From the NCBI RefSeq assembly GCF_963676685.1, contig NC_092352.1, positions 21,204,001 to 21,268,000 on the forward strand: a DNA stretch of 64,000 bases. Reading direction: 5' to 3'. Each line of letters opens with the position of its first letter. Position 1 is the first letter of the stretch. Positions 9,830 to 37,408 of this stretch are shown here, in pieces. Below the pieces are notes generated by a model. That model ran no database searches. It was not told the origin of the DNA and saw nothing but the letters and a program-made list of their open reading frames with translations. Source of the stretch: Mytilus edulis (taxonomy: Eukaryota). Both the position numbers and the translations under genes were made by a program.

Positions 9830-12800
9830 TTTATATGACTGCAAAATTTTTGCGGTCGTATATTGGTATCATGTCGGCTTCGTCGGCGTTGTCAGCATCG
9901 TCTGAAGACGGATGGTTTCTGGATAATAACTTTAGTAAAAGTACATAGAATTCAATAAAATTTTAACACAATGTTTATAACCACAAAAGGGATGTTAGGG
10001 ATTGATTTTGGGGGTTATGGTCCCATTGGTTTAGGAATTAGGGGCCCAAAACATACATTTATCTAATTTCAGGACAATAAGTTGTGTACAAGTATTTCAA
10101 TTACTCTGAAATTGTACCACAATAATAACTGTATGGATCTCTCTGACATTGTATCACAAAGTTCCATATAATGAAGTGAAGGCTTGGTGTCAGTTTGGGG
10201 TTGATATCCCTGAACATTTAGAAATAAGGGGCCAAAAAAGGACCAAAAAGAAGCATTTTTATACGACCACAAAAATTTTAATTTTTCGTCGTATATTGCT
10301 ATCACGTTGGCGTCGTCGTCGTTGTCCAGCGTCGTCCGAATACTTTTAGTTTTCGCACTCTAACTTTAGTAAAAGTAAATAGAAATCAAGGTTTATGACC
10401 ACAAAAGGAAGGTTGGGATTGATTTTGGGAGTTTTGGTCCCAACATTTTAGGAATTAGGGGCCAAAAAGGGCCCAAATAAGAATTTTCTTGGTTTTCGCA
10501 CTATAACTTTAGTTTAAGTGAATAGAAATCTTTGAAATTTTGACACAAGGTTTATGACCACAAAAGGAAGGTTGGGATTGATTTTGGGAGTTTTGGTTCC
10601 AACAGTTTAGGAATTAAGGGCCAAAAAAGGGCCCAAATAAGGATTTTCTTGGTTTTCGCACTATAACTTTAGTATAAGTAAATAGAAATCAATGAAATTT
10701 AAACACAAGGTTAATGACCACAAAAGGAAGGTTGGGTTTGATTTTGGGAGTTTTGGTCCCAACAGTTTAGGAATAAGGGGCTCAAAGGGTCCAAAATTGA
10801 ATTTTGTTTTATTTCATCAAAAATTGAATAATTGAGGTTCTTTGATATGCCGAATCTAACTGTGTATGTAGATTCTTAATTTTTGGTCCCGTTTTCAAAT
10901 TGGTCTACATTAAGGTCCAAAGGGTCCAAAATTAAACTTAGTTTGATTTTAACAAAAAATGAATCCTTGGGGTTCTATGCTTAATCTAAAAATGTACTCA
11001 GATTTTTTATTATTGGCCCAGTTTTCAAGTTGGTCCAAATCGGGGTCCAAAATTAAACTTTGTTTGATTTCATCAAAAATTTAATAATTGGGGTTCTTTG
11101 ATATGCCAAATCTAACTGTGTATGTAGATTCTTGATTTTTGGTCCTGTTATCAAATTGGTCTACATTAAAGTCCAAAGGGTCCAAAATTAAACTAAGTTT
11201 GATTTTAATAAAAATTGAATTCTTGGGCTTTTTTGATATGCTGAATCTAAACATGTACTTAGATTTTTGATTATGGGCCCATTTTTCAAGTTGGTTCAAA
11301 TCAGGATCCAAAATTATTATATTAAGTATTGTGCAATAGCAAGAAATCTTCAATTGCACAGTATTGTGCAATAGCAAGAAATTTTCAATTGCACAGTATT
11401 GCGCAATAGCAAGAAATCTTCAATTGCACAGTATTGTGCAATAGCAAATATTTTCATTTGCACAGTATTGCGCAATAGCAAGACATATCTAATTGCAATT
11501 TCAATTGGAGTTATCTTTCTTTGTCCAGAATAGTAGTTGAATCAACTTAAATCATTGTTTTATACAATATTTATAATTGATATTTCAATTGGAGTTATCT
11601 TTCTTTGTCCAGAATAGTAGTTGAATCAACTTAAATCATTGTTTTATACAATATACAATGTATATTCACTTTTACTACCAACTGATAAATTAAAACAATC
11701 TTTACCATTCAGTGATAACCAGCACTTTATTTTACATTTTAATATTTTATGATGTATTTAAATGTGTAGTTATTGTTGCAAACTCCATTAGAAATTTGAA
11801 TTGAGATCAGTTTTGGAAAAAGGGGAAGGGGGATGTGAAAAAAAAATGGGGGGGGGGGTTAAATTTTTCTCATTTCAGATTTTCAGAAATAAAAAGAAAA
11901 TTTCTTCAAACATTTTTTTGAGAGGATTAATATTCAACAGCATAGTGAATTGCTCAAAGGCAAAACAAATATTTTAAGTTCATTAGACCACATTCAGTCT
12001 GTGTCAACTATTTAATCACAATCCAAATTTAGAGCTGAATCCAGCTTGAATGTTGTGTCCATACTTGCCCCAACCGTTCAGGCCTCATGGTTCAACCTCT
12101 GCGGTCATATAAAGCTGCGCCCTGCGGAGCATCTGGTTCTAGTTTACAGACAATAACTTGTGTTAGTGTGTGTATGGATCTCTCTGAAATTTACTACAAG
12201 GTTTCTTACTACAAAGGAAAGGCTGGAACGGAGTTTTGGGGTTCTTGCTCCAAGGGTGGTTTCAAACAAGTGAGGGACCAAAAAAGGGGCCCAAATAAGC
12301 ATTTTTGTAGTTTTCAGTCAATAACTTGTGTTTAAGTGTATAAATCTCTCTGAAATTATACCACAAGTTTCCATACTACAAAAGGATGGTTATAGGGGGT
12401 AATGGATCAAATCATTAAGCAATTATGGGCAAAAAAAGGGGGAAAACAAGGAGTTTTCTGGTTAAAGGACAATTTAGACAATTTAAAAGCAGTGTAAGGG
12501 AGGTGATCCAATTCCAATTAAAATTTACAGAATACTGTTAAATATATGTTTGATTGCTTGATAACCTCCCTTACACTGCTGGAAAATTATGTGAAAGGAA
12601 GTGATAATTGTCTTGAGATGTGTAGCTGTAAATTTATTTTTAGAAGTTACTGTTAATTAATATTAATTTTAACCAGGACTATAAGTTATTTTATATTTTA
12701 ATACTTTATGATGTATTTAAATGAGTAGTTATTGTTGCCAACTTATTAGAAATTTGAATTGAGATTATTTTTGGAATAAGGGATTGGGGAGGTGAAAAAT

Positions 12801-13109
12801 ATGGGGAGGGGTAGGGGGTAAAATTTTTCTAATTTCATATTTCAGAAATTAAAACGATTTTTTTTCAAATATTTTTTTTTAGGGGATTTATATTCAACAG
12901 CATAGTGTATTGCTCAAAAGCAAAAAAAATTTTTTTAAGTTCATTAGCCCACATTCATTCTGTGTCAGAAACCTTTGCTGTGTCAACTATTTAATCACAA
13001 TCCAAATTCAGAGCTGTATCAAGCTTGAATGTTGTGTTCATACTTGCCCCAACTGTTCAGGGTTGACCTCTGCAGTAGTATAAAGCTGCGCCCTGTGGAG
13101 CATCTGGTT
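9830..13109 (+). mobile_element. HINE-type element B, nested in A
   Basis: 5' TATATGACTGCAAAATTTTTGCGGTCGTATA hairpin, degenerate (GTC)n, 3' TATAAAGCTGCGCCCTGTGGAGCATCTGGTT. Confidence 0.75.
10258..12138 (+). mobile_element. HINE-type element C (same family as B), nested in B
   Basis: 5' TATACGACCAC..., (GTC)n, ~160-bp and ~35-bp internal repeats, 3' GCGGTCATATAAAGCTGCGCCCTGCGGAGCATCTGGTT. Confidence 0.8.
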
Positions 13110-14984
13110 GTGTTTTTGTCTGTTTTTCTTATTCTATATGCAATAGGTCTACTATATTTGGTGTATGGAATGATTGTAAGTTGATCAAGTCTAGCTGACA
13201 GGTGTCATCTGACCTTGACCTCATTTTCATGGTTCAGTGGTCAAAGTTTAGTTTGTGAGTTTTGGTCTATTTTTCTAATACTATATGTAATAACTATATT
13301 TTGTGTATGGAAATATTTTATGATCTAAATGTCAGTCGCACAGGTTTACAGTTCATTGCTAAGTGTTAAGTATTTGTGTTTTGGTCTGTTTTTTCTTAAT
13401 TAATAAGCAATAGGTCAACTATATTTGTTGTATGGAAGAATTGTTAGCTGTACATGTCTGCCTAGCATGATTCACCTGACCTTGACCTCATTTTCATGGT
13501 TCATTGATCAATGTTTAGTTTTGTTGGTTAATGTTGAGTTTATGTGACAGTTGTAATAAAGCTTTATATTTAGGACTATGAACATAATATCAATGATAAG
13601 TAAAGAAGGCAAGACATTTCAGCATGTGCACTCTTGTTATAGTTCGTTCTTATATTGTACTGTTATACCACTGTCCCAGGTTAGAGGAGGGTTGGGATCC
13701 TGCTAACATGTTTAACCCCGCCATATTATGTATGTATGTGCCTGTCCCAAGTCAGGAGCCTGTAATTCAGTGGTTGTCGTTTGTTTATGTGTAACATATT
13801 TGTTTTTCATTCATTTTTTGACATAAATAAGATCTTTAGTTTTCTTGTTTGAATTGCTTTACATTGTCATTTCGGGGCCTGTTATAGCTGACTATGTGGT
13901 ATGGGCTTTGCTCATTGTTGAAGGCCGTACAGTTACCTATAGTTGTTAATTTCTGTGTCATTTTGGTCTCTTGTCGAGTTGTCTCATTGGCATTCATACC
14001 ACATCTTCTTTTTTATATGGACTATAAATCACAAGTCTATGTCAACTGTGATGGTTATATGTCGTTGCAGAATGAAAGACCTAGGGATAACAATATGATG
14101 GCTTAATATTTTAAAAGGTAGACAACCTGGATGCTTCATATGTGTGTTTCAGGTGTCTCATGTCACCAAGTTACTGTCTGTCATATGTCCATTGTCCTCG
14201 ACCTCATTTTTTTGGATGTGAATATTTTGTTGTGTAAATTACTCAGTAACAAGTTATAGGATAACAAAATTTGGTATATGGGATCCTTGCAAGATCTACA
14301 TGTTTTTCAACTGATCTCAACCTGATTTCATTGATCAGTGATCAAAGTTAAATTCTTGTAGTCAATAAAATTGAGAATGGAAATGGGGGATACTTCAAAG
14401 GGATAACAACCCGACGAAAGAGCAGATATCAGCAGAAGGCCACCAATGGGTAGACCATATCTCCGATACTATAAGCAATAGGTCAATTATATTTGGTTAA
14501 TGGAATGATTGTAAGGTGTACATGTCAGACAGGCAACTTTTTTTTTGCTTTTTAATGTTTCTATTTATCGCTGTTTTCAAGACTTATATTTTATCCTTAT
14601 GTTCTATTTTTATCCATGGCTAGCATGTTGCTTGTCAAAGAGGATCGCTATACACTATAATAAAACAAAATAGCGCCAATATAAGTTTGATTCTAATTGG
14701 CCCAGTAGTTTCAGAGCAAAGCTTTTTAGTACTACCGACAATCAAGACGGATGATGAGGATAGCTTATTTGACAATTTTGGGTAGGTGAGTTGCATCAAT
14801 ATTATACTCCCACAATAAAATGGTGTTACCAAGGAAGAAACTACAACAAACTGAATTAACTACAACATAAACTTAAGGACTGAAAATATTTCTATATCTC
14901 GCTTTCAGGTAAATAATTAGACAAGACAGAAATTCCAACAAATATAATGTAATATAATGAAAGAAAAATACTCAGTCAACCAAG

Positions 14985-15222
14985 TATTGATTGAACAACT
15001 GAGGTTTAATGCAACTTACAATACTAAAGTGCTGTTTTGTGGCGATCAATTTATATAAGCAAAGGAAGCTTGGATGCATGGAGAGAACCACTGGCTTTAG
15101 GTAGGAATACTGACAATCCTGGTCATCTGCAGCGTGTTGGATTCAAACTCACAACCAGTGTTCAATCACTAACTAGTGATACAGCAGTTTGACTACTTAA
15201 ACCACCCAGCCACAAAGGCCCA
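14985..15222 (-). mobile_element. Degenerate tRNA-derived SINE copy
   Basis: Reverse-oriented homologue of 7544-7783 (GGATTCAAACTC B-box complement, CCACCCAGCCACAAAGGCCC head complement). Confidence 0.55.
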
Positions 15223-16118
15223 CAACCCACAAGTATTGATGAATCTTGATTTTTGTAAGTCATTAATTTCAAAAACAATGATCTATTAACAATTTTATTA
15301 ACAATAAACACATTGCTAAGATGGACATTAATAGCAAGGTTTGTTTAAGTATAACATTAAACACTTTGCACAATAAATGTGACAATTATGTCTAAAGTTC
15401 ACCGTTGTTGACATTATAAAGTGTTTATTTTGAATACCGGTAAGCATAGTCTGTTATGATATAACAATAAAAGGAACGTCTATACATTGAATACAAATTA
15501 TTATCCAATCAAATCATAAACATGTACCTCAAGTCAACTGTTTGTTTCAATATATTCATCAAACCATCATACTAATTTCAGAAACATTCTGGGAAAAAAG
15601 TTTTTTAAGTCAAACATCTGAAACATATTTTTCTATTTTAAAATTATCTCAATACCTGTGCTCAAATTCAATTATATTTTTCATGATTACTCTTCCAAGT
15701 TTCTATAATATTGAATTTATCTGTGTAAACTGAAATTTTAAATAGTAAATGAGAATCTAGGAAAGACAATGGCTTTCTATAACATGTGAATAATTATTAC
15801 AAAAAAAAATCCTTTACAATAATTTTTAAACAGATGAGTCGACAACAGATTTCCCTGCATAAAAATCAATTAAATATGTCTAACTTTTTTATAACATGTT
15901 TTGAAAGTAAAATATTAATCACAGAAACATTTTCAAGGTTTTTACAACACTAAATCTTCATTTATAGCAAAATAAAAACTGATTATTAAAGGCAAAACAC
16001 TGATCCATTCCACTTGATTGAACAGTCATTTAACTCTTTGAGTATCTCTTTTGTTTTTGAATACCAGTGAGACAGACTGGTATCTTTTTTTTTATCGTGT
16101 ATAGCTGTACATCAATGC

Positions 16119-30825
<14,707 letters not shown>

Positions 30826-30922
30826 TTTTGTTATTGTCTGTTGAAATTTTTCTAAAAGTTGACAAAAGACGGAACAGAAGTAAAATTCCGGACGTGAAAA
30901 TCTGAGTCACGTGATTCTAAAA
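30826..30922. promoter_or_regulatory. Compact bidirectional promoter KAT8 / LRMDA
   Basis: 97 bp between divergent ATGs. Contains E-box GTCACGTGA (30906-30914) overlapping TGAGTCA (30903-30909) and ETS-like CGGAA/TTCCGG cores. Both starts lie in an AAAATGGC (YY1-like) context. Confidence 0.75.
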
Positions 30923-33900
30923 ATGGCAGACGAAGTTGAAGAGAAAGTAAACCCAGAGATAAATGAAGATGAAGCAATAGAACAGTTTCAAAATGGCCAG
31001 GTCTGTCGAGCGTTTAAATAACCAACAGAACATTGGACCTTTAATTAATGAGAGAGTAAAATCGTTTCTTCAGTCCCATATATAATAGGGATTTGAAATT
31101 TATTAGAAGCAACTGTTGAAGAATAAAAATAAATATTGATAGTTCAGTGATGTGCCAATTCAATGATTGATATGGACACAAATAGTTCATAACAAATTTT
31201 TAATTGTTGCGAAATATCGCATCAAACAATTTATGCTAAAAGTAAAATGTAACAGATTAAAATATTTCCAAACTCTGGTAAGCTAAAAAGGACAGATCAA
31301 ATCATCCTATTATTCTAAATAATTATGACATCTTGAAAGGCTATTTTATTTTTTTGCTTTTACTCCTTACAGTGGCATCAAAATGAAAAATAGAATACCC
31401 TTTTAGTACACCATAATTGTTTTGACTACCTTCCTATGACACAAATGTATCAGCTCCACAACAAACTTACAGAAGTTTTACAGAAATTTACAAGATAACT
31501 TGTCATGCCACATCTTCTTACCTAATTTATATTGATCCAAAAACTATTGCAGACTTTAGCTATTTCGAAAAGTCAATAGACTACAGACAAAGTGATGTAT
31601 TTTTTCATCTATTTATCATGTTTATTTTTTCTTTCTTATTTTTTTCAATTAATCTACTTCTCTGATTGGTAATTTGATTTAAAACTTAATGTAATATGCT
31701 AAATAACATTGCAATGAGATAAGAATTTAGATTTGTATACAGTTTAAAATTGAGATTGGAAATGGGGAATATGTCAATGAGACAACAACTCGACCAAAGA
31801 GCTGTATCTTTATTGAATTGATATAGATTTATTAGTCATAAAATAGCCATGATGAAGTAATAAACTTCTATTTAATCAATTATTTTTATAAGGAGCTTTT
31901 AATATTTACAAATGCAGCAACATTTATAAGAGTCAAAATTACTTTTATGTGAACTAATCTATAACATTTAATTAAGGGCAAGTCTTTCTTATTATACTTT
32001 GTCTGAGTTAACTCTATAGAAGATCAACATTGTCTAATGGCTCAGTCCAAGTTTACTTGGGCAAAGTTTTCTTTGCGATTGCAAATTAAATAAAATAAAG
32101 AACAGTTTCTATATTTCTGAAATATATAAAATGCATATACAATTTTATTTAACTTGGTTCTTACATGAATGTTGGTCAAATAGGGCCAGAGAAAATCTAA
32201 ATATAGATCAAACAGTCTCTAAATCATTACAAGACAGGCGTTGGCATGCCATTTGGTTAAGTATTTTGTTAATTCATGGTATGATATCTTTTCAGCTATC
32301 TTATATTGGACAAAATGAAGAATGCATTCCAACTTATCTTGCTGAAAAATATTCGTCTATTTCAAAAAGATTTGATCTGAGTTTTAACCAGTTGAAGTAA
32401 GTTTTTATTAAACAAATCAAGGACTTACATTAGGTACTTATATGTACTGGAAGAGAAAATAAATGTATTATTACCGGTAAAGTGCACTATTAAAGGTATT
32501 AAATTAAGAAAAATAACCGCTTGTACATTAAAGTACACCACAAATAACAAGCAGTTTCTTAAGGACATTGAATAATCTTTTCTTTATCTTTTTAGTGACA
32601 CCATTCAATGGGTATGACAGCTTCTCCCCCTCCCCCTTTTTCCTCCTCTGAGTCCTGCCAAGGGGAGATATGGTAAATATAGTCTCTGTCCATCAGTCTA
32701 TCTGTCTGAAACTCATAAATATTCATAGACGGTGACCATTTAACATAAAGCTTTCATACTTGGTTGGATTATTTGTCATCATATTCTCTTGACCATGCTA
32801 TGACCATTTTTATGCCCTATTTAGGGGCATTATGTTTTTCAGTCTGTGCATCTGTTCTTTTGTTTGTTCATCCGCCTCTTAGTCTTTTCGAACCAAAAAA
32901 AGAAACTGAGAACATTTACCTGAAATGAGGGATAATTGAAAGATGTACCAGTACACTCTAATGTCTTATAAATCATTGGTTATTTGAAACATAATATTAA
33001 TAATACAAATGTATATAAATCTTCATTTCAGGTCATTATCCGATTTAGAAAGATTTCAGAATTTAGAGGAACTGGTTCTTGATAACAACAGATTAAGTGA
33101 TGATGTAGTGTTTCCTCGTTTAAACCATCTTCACACACTCACACTAAACAAAAATTGTGTATCCTTTTCTCAATTATTGGGATTTTGTGTAGTGCTTATA
33201 TACAGATATTTGTATATATATATCAAACAAATTCTATGTCTCCTTTGTCATGGTTTATTCTATTAAGGTTTATGACCCCTTTCTGTCATATTTTTGCACA
33301 AATTTTTCAAACTTCAATCGTATCAAAACTACAGATATAATGAATAATAGAGATAGGCCATTTAGTACATATACCAAGGGGAAACTTGATGGAAAGCATA
33401 ATTTTTTACTGTTTCATTGCATTTACTAGAAAAAGAGTACTTTGTGGCAAATAAACCAAGATTTTTATAGAAATTCCAAAGCCTTTAATACAGAGATTTT
33501 TTATATAAAATTTGAAACATAGATTTCTAACTTCCTTTTCTATGATGTGCTAGTGTTTATTTTCTACAAAAAGTTCTAACTAACCTGTAAATACCAAAAT
33601 AACTAAAGTAACTAAAGTCGAGCGCACCGTAAAAGGTGTACTTGATTGGTCCATATTTTTATTTGTTTTAACCAATAACTACATTAATAAACTTGTTTTA
33701 AGGAAATCAATGCTAGCACTGCATGCAATAATCCTTTATCTATCAGTCATCAAATTGCTAAATATAAGAGTACAAGGATAAAGGCTGTGGATTTTCTATA
33801 AAATTTTCATTTGTTTAGCATTGAATCAACACACTTAGGGTACATTATCTTTATACACATTGTTCTGCCAAACATTTTTGTGGTCACATCATGTTATTCA

Positions 33901-36900
33901 CAAAACTGTCACAGATTCTTCTTCAGGGAATGAAGTTATGCACATGCTACTTAAATGATTTATTGAAAGATTTATTAGGGTTTCCCAAATACCCTAAATA
34001 GCCTATTATTTAGTTTTCCATTCAGTAATATTTCTTTATCAACCGCTAATGACTTGCCAATTCTGCTTACAAATGTTTGGAGAGGACAGAAAAAATGTGT
34101 TCAGAGGGTACTGATGTGATGAAAATGCTAAAACATTTTTAGTGTAAAGTGTAAACCTAGGTATAGCCCTTTTTTTCAGATGCATTTTGAATGTCCATTT
34201 AGCACAAACATTTGAAACAAATTCTGTTTATTTATTATAGTATGATCAATCAGTTATTTGCCGAAAGAGAGGTTCTCAAAGAGATCAATTTTATTTAAAG
34301 AAAAATACTTTTGTTATTTAATACTAAGTACTACTGAGTGATACTTGAATTGTACTCTACTACTCATTAACATAGAATAGAAAATTTTATCTAAGTCCGG
34401 TTACATGAAATATTACAAACATAAGCTTTAAAGCTTTTTGCCAACAACATTCCTATAATAAAGGCATTTGAATTCACTAAAATGCAATCTAGCAAAAAAA
34501 TATGTTTTATAGATATGACTGCCTAATGCTCCCCTTCTACAGTTGACTTTGTTGCTAATCCTTAACTAATTAATGGTTATGAGAAAAAGATTCATACTAG
34601 ATTACGCTTAGGGCTTAGTGCTCTTAATGACCACTTGTATAAATATAATCTTACATTAAATAGGTTTTGCGATTTCTGCCCAGGTAATCGTATTGAAAGC
34701 ACTGAGCACTATTTTATTCATTGTGCCCAATACACGAACTATCGGATCACTCTTCTACTTGAAATTAAGAATCTGCTTTGTCCAGATATAAATATAGCAA
34801 TGTTGCGGGATCTATGTCCCAACTATCTGAGCAAAATATTAATAGAAGGTAGTGATGATTTGTCTGATGTCAGATACTAATTTAGAGTTGTTTGAGTGTG
34901 TGTTTTGATTTATTAAATCTTCAAACAGATTTTCTCGATAAACTTATTTGTTCTTAACTTTTTCTCTTGTAATAAAACATATAAGGTTTGAAACACATAT
35001 TCCATTTGACCTGATTGTGCTCAAAATTGTCTTTCCATAATCACTATTCTATATTACTGAATCATACATGTGTGTTAAGTCGTGTGTATGTGAGTAAGAA
35101 TGAGCGAGTGATTGGATGGGTGTGTAGTCAAATTATATTTGTATGTCTTGTACTGTACATATTGTCTTGTCTTGTGTTTAACATGTTTGTATTCAAAACT
35201 TTGATAATTGTGAATCTGTATATATCTATGTTGAGGAGACCCACACGTAGCCTCTGGCTGTTGGCAATCCTCTTTAAATAAATAAAGAATTAAATTAATC
35301 CTTAACTGCTTCATCAGATAACAGATTTGTATCATTTGTTAGACAACCTTGCAGAAAATGTTCCATCATTAACCTATCTAAGTTTATTGGGGAACTTAGC
35401 ATGTCCAAACCAGTTATCTAGTCCAGACAATGATGAAGAAGATTACCAAAGATACAGGTAAAGTTGGTTTTTTTGTTTGCCACCTGAACTTTACACATAT
35501 ATAATGATGTTAAAAATGTCGGTTATGGTTTCACAGATTTTTGTAGACTCCAAGTCTAACAGTGTATGAATTTTGGTTGAATAATGCAGCAGTATTTTAA
35601 TTTCAAAATATACCTGTACCTCCCTTGGTAAAAGCTTGTATCTATAATTTCTTTGTAAAGACAACCAGTCTCATACAACTGCTTGAAATTGAAGTAAATG
35701 CAACTGTAAACAAAATGTCAATTATCTATCATCAATAAGGAGAGCTGATCAGAAAACTGAACATTTGACATTGAGATGCATACACTGGAAAAAAGCACTT
35801 ATCTCTTTTTTCATAAATAAAACTTATACTTTGTCCTGTAAATACATATATACAACCTGTACAAAGGTTTACCAATAAGATTTTCACTTATACTGACATG
35901 AAAAACTTTTAAATGCATCTTTATTGTTAAAATAGATGCAGAAATATTGATATAACCCAACTATTTTTGACACAATATATTGTCACTATTTTAGGTATTA
36001 TGTATTATATAAGTTACCAAAACTGAAGTTCTTAGACTCCACACCAGTCAAACAAGAGGAGTTACTCACAGCCAAAGAGAAAGGTGCTTTTATGAAAGTC
36101 ATCAAGGCAGAGGACAGTGAGGTAAAATTAAATGTTTAAAATGAAGTGTTTTCTCAGCATATCTCATTCTTTTTCTGCATTCAAATATAAAAATATAACT
36201 TCATATTGTGTGTGTACAGCAGATTTTTTTTTATCTCTTATTCAAAAACTGATAGTTTTTATTTATCACAGTATATTTGCTAGAGGTGAGAATCCATACC
36301 ACTCTAAAATCAAACAATATGACCTATTCTCAAAATGATGTCTTTATAAGTCACAACAAAAAACCATACCACATCAAAACTAGACAAAATAGTGAAAATA
36401 TTTATTACGCAGCCACCTAATAAACAAGGTTACACATGTAAGCACAATGATAATGACTGTACCAGTCACATCTGACTATTATTTTGTAATTCATTCAATA
36501 CCTTCCTTTTATCAACAGCTGATTTCTGACCCCAAAATATCACCTGAGACAGATGATTCAAATTACAGTCCACTTCCACAGTCTGCACGTAATGCCGATC
36601 AGCATTCAGGTTAGTATTGTATATTCCCTTTTGGTTGTGGCCTGTTATCTATTTTTTACATGAATAGATATTTCTCGTATCACACTACATGTAGTGTGAT
36701 ACGAAAAAGTGATACAAAAATCTGCTTTAATTGATTGGCTTATCGAGAATGACGAGACAATATTACAGCAATACCATTGGCTATTCATTAGGTCATTGAT
36801 GACTTTCAAAGGTTAAGATGATGTTTCCTCCATGGCATCATACATCTATGTGATTTCAATAATAATATACAACGTACTCACACTTTGCACCTGACAATCT

Positions 36901-37408
36901 TCTTTTTGTCAAATTGTATTACATTCTGAAGTGTACAAAAAGTCTTAAAATGTCTGATTTTAAAGATATATAGGAGCTTCTCACTCCTAGAACTCCTTAG
37001 ATCCCAAATGTACATAGTTTTAATTTGTAAATAATAACTACTGTAAATAGTTACTGCTGGTTTCAATAATGGAGGAGGAAAGGCCTTATGATTACACGAG
37101 CAAGAGTCATTATATACTTTAAGAGTCAGACACTGTATTGAAAGAAGAAGAAGAAAGTTGAACACTGGGAAAAGACATATAAAGTTAATTGTTTTTATCA
37201 ACAGTTGTTCTCTTTGGTTTAATTTACAAGCTTGTTTAGAAGCATTATATGTGTGCATTCTTAGTTAATTTAAAGTTATCAAAAAGATCAAAGCCATTTT
37301 ATGCAATACCTTTGTTTTCTTTTTACAGCTGCCTGGGGAAAAAGTAAATATGTTTACTATGGCAACCATTCAGAGGGAAACAGATTTATCAGAAACCCTG
37401 ACCTTTAA
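30923..37408 (+). CDS. LRMDA: Leucine-rich melanocyte differentiation-associated protein (C10orf11 orthologue), complete, 247 aa
   Basis: Seven exons: 30923-31000, 32296-32396, 33032-33158, 35318-35457, 35995-36121, 36519-36609, 37329-37408; phase-consistent (744 nt). [70 protein letters not shown] and C-terminal [19 protein letters not shown] match LRMDA. Confidence 0.95.
33159..35317 (+). other. U12-type (minor spliceosome) GT-AG intron of LRMDA
   Basis: Donor GTATCCTTTT; branch site TCCTTAAC at 35299-35306, ending 11 nt before the exon; no polypyrimidine tract. Confidence 0.93.
34568..35295 (+). mobile_element. 5'-truncated LINE (CR1/L2-like ORF2 C-terminus + 3'UTR + TAAA tail) with 12-bp TSD
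   Basis: [38 protein letters not shown] (C-terminal Cys/His motif) ... FIKSSNRF. Tail TAAATAAATAAAG. TSD TAATCCTTAACT at 34556-34567 and 35296-35307. Confidence 0.85.

Larger units (their letters stand above)
9325..13638 (+). mobile_element. HINE-type element A (outer shell of a nested cluster)
   Basis: 5' GTCAAGCCT..., internal repeats CTGACCTTGACCTCATTTTCATGGTTCA, 3' AGGCAAGAC + GCATGTGCACTCTTGTT; inserted at TT. Confidence 0.7.
8530..14017 (+). mobile_element. 5'-truncated, decayed Penelope-like retroelement (RT relic 8530-~8955 plus 3' region), interrupted by nested insertions at 9325-13638
   Basis: Translates as ...IDKFINTYRYLDDIF (YLDD at 8585-8596) ... EIYPKELTL ... PFLDLDI ... TKIYNKRDDFSFPIVNFP ... 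SYGVYISQLVRYARVC, typical PLE RT motifs, with stops and frameshifts. The 3' region rejoins seamlessly across the nested insert. Confidence 0.8.

Noticed and set aside
11820-11860. G-quadruplex-like G-runs (also 12780-12820)
   Set aside because: They are part of the B/C element consensus, with no locus-specific evidence of function.
34635-34880. 81-aa Cys/His ORF as an LRMDA exon or separate gene
   Set aside because: It is the C-terminus of a LINE ORF2, with a frameshift and stop downstream, bounded by a TSD.
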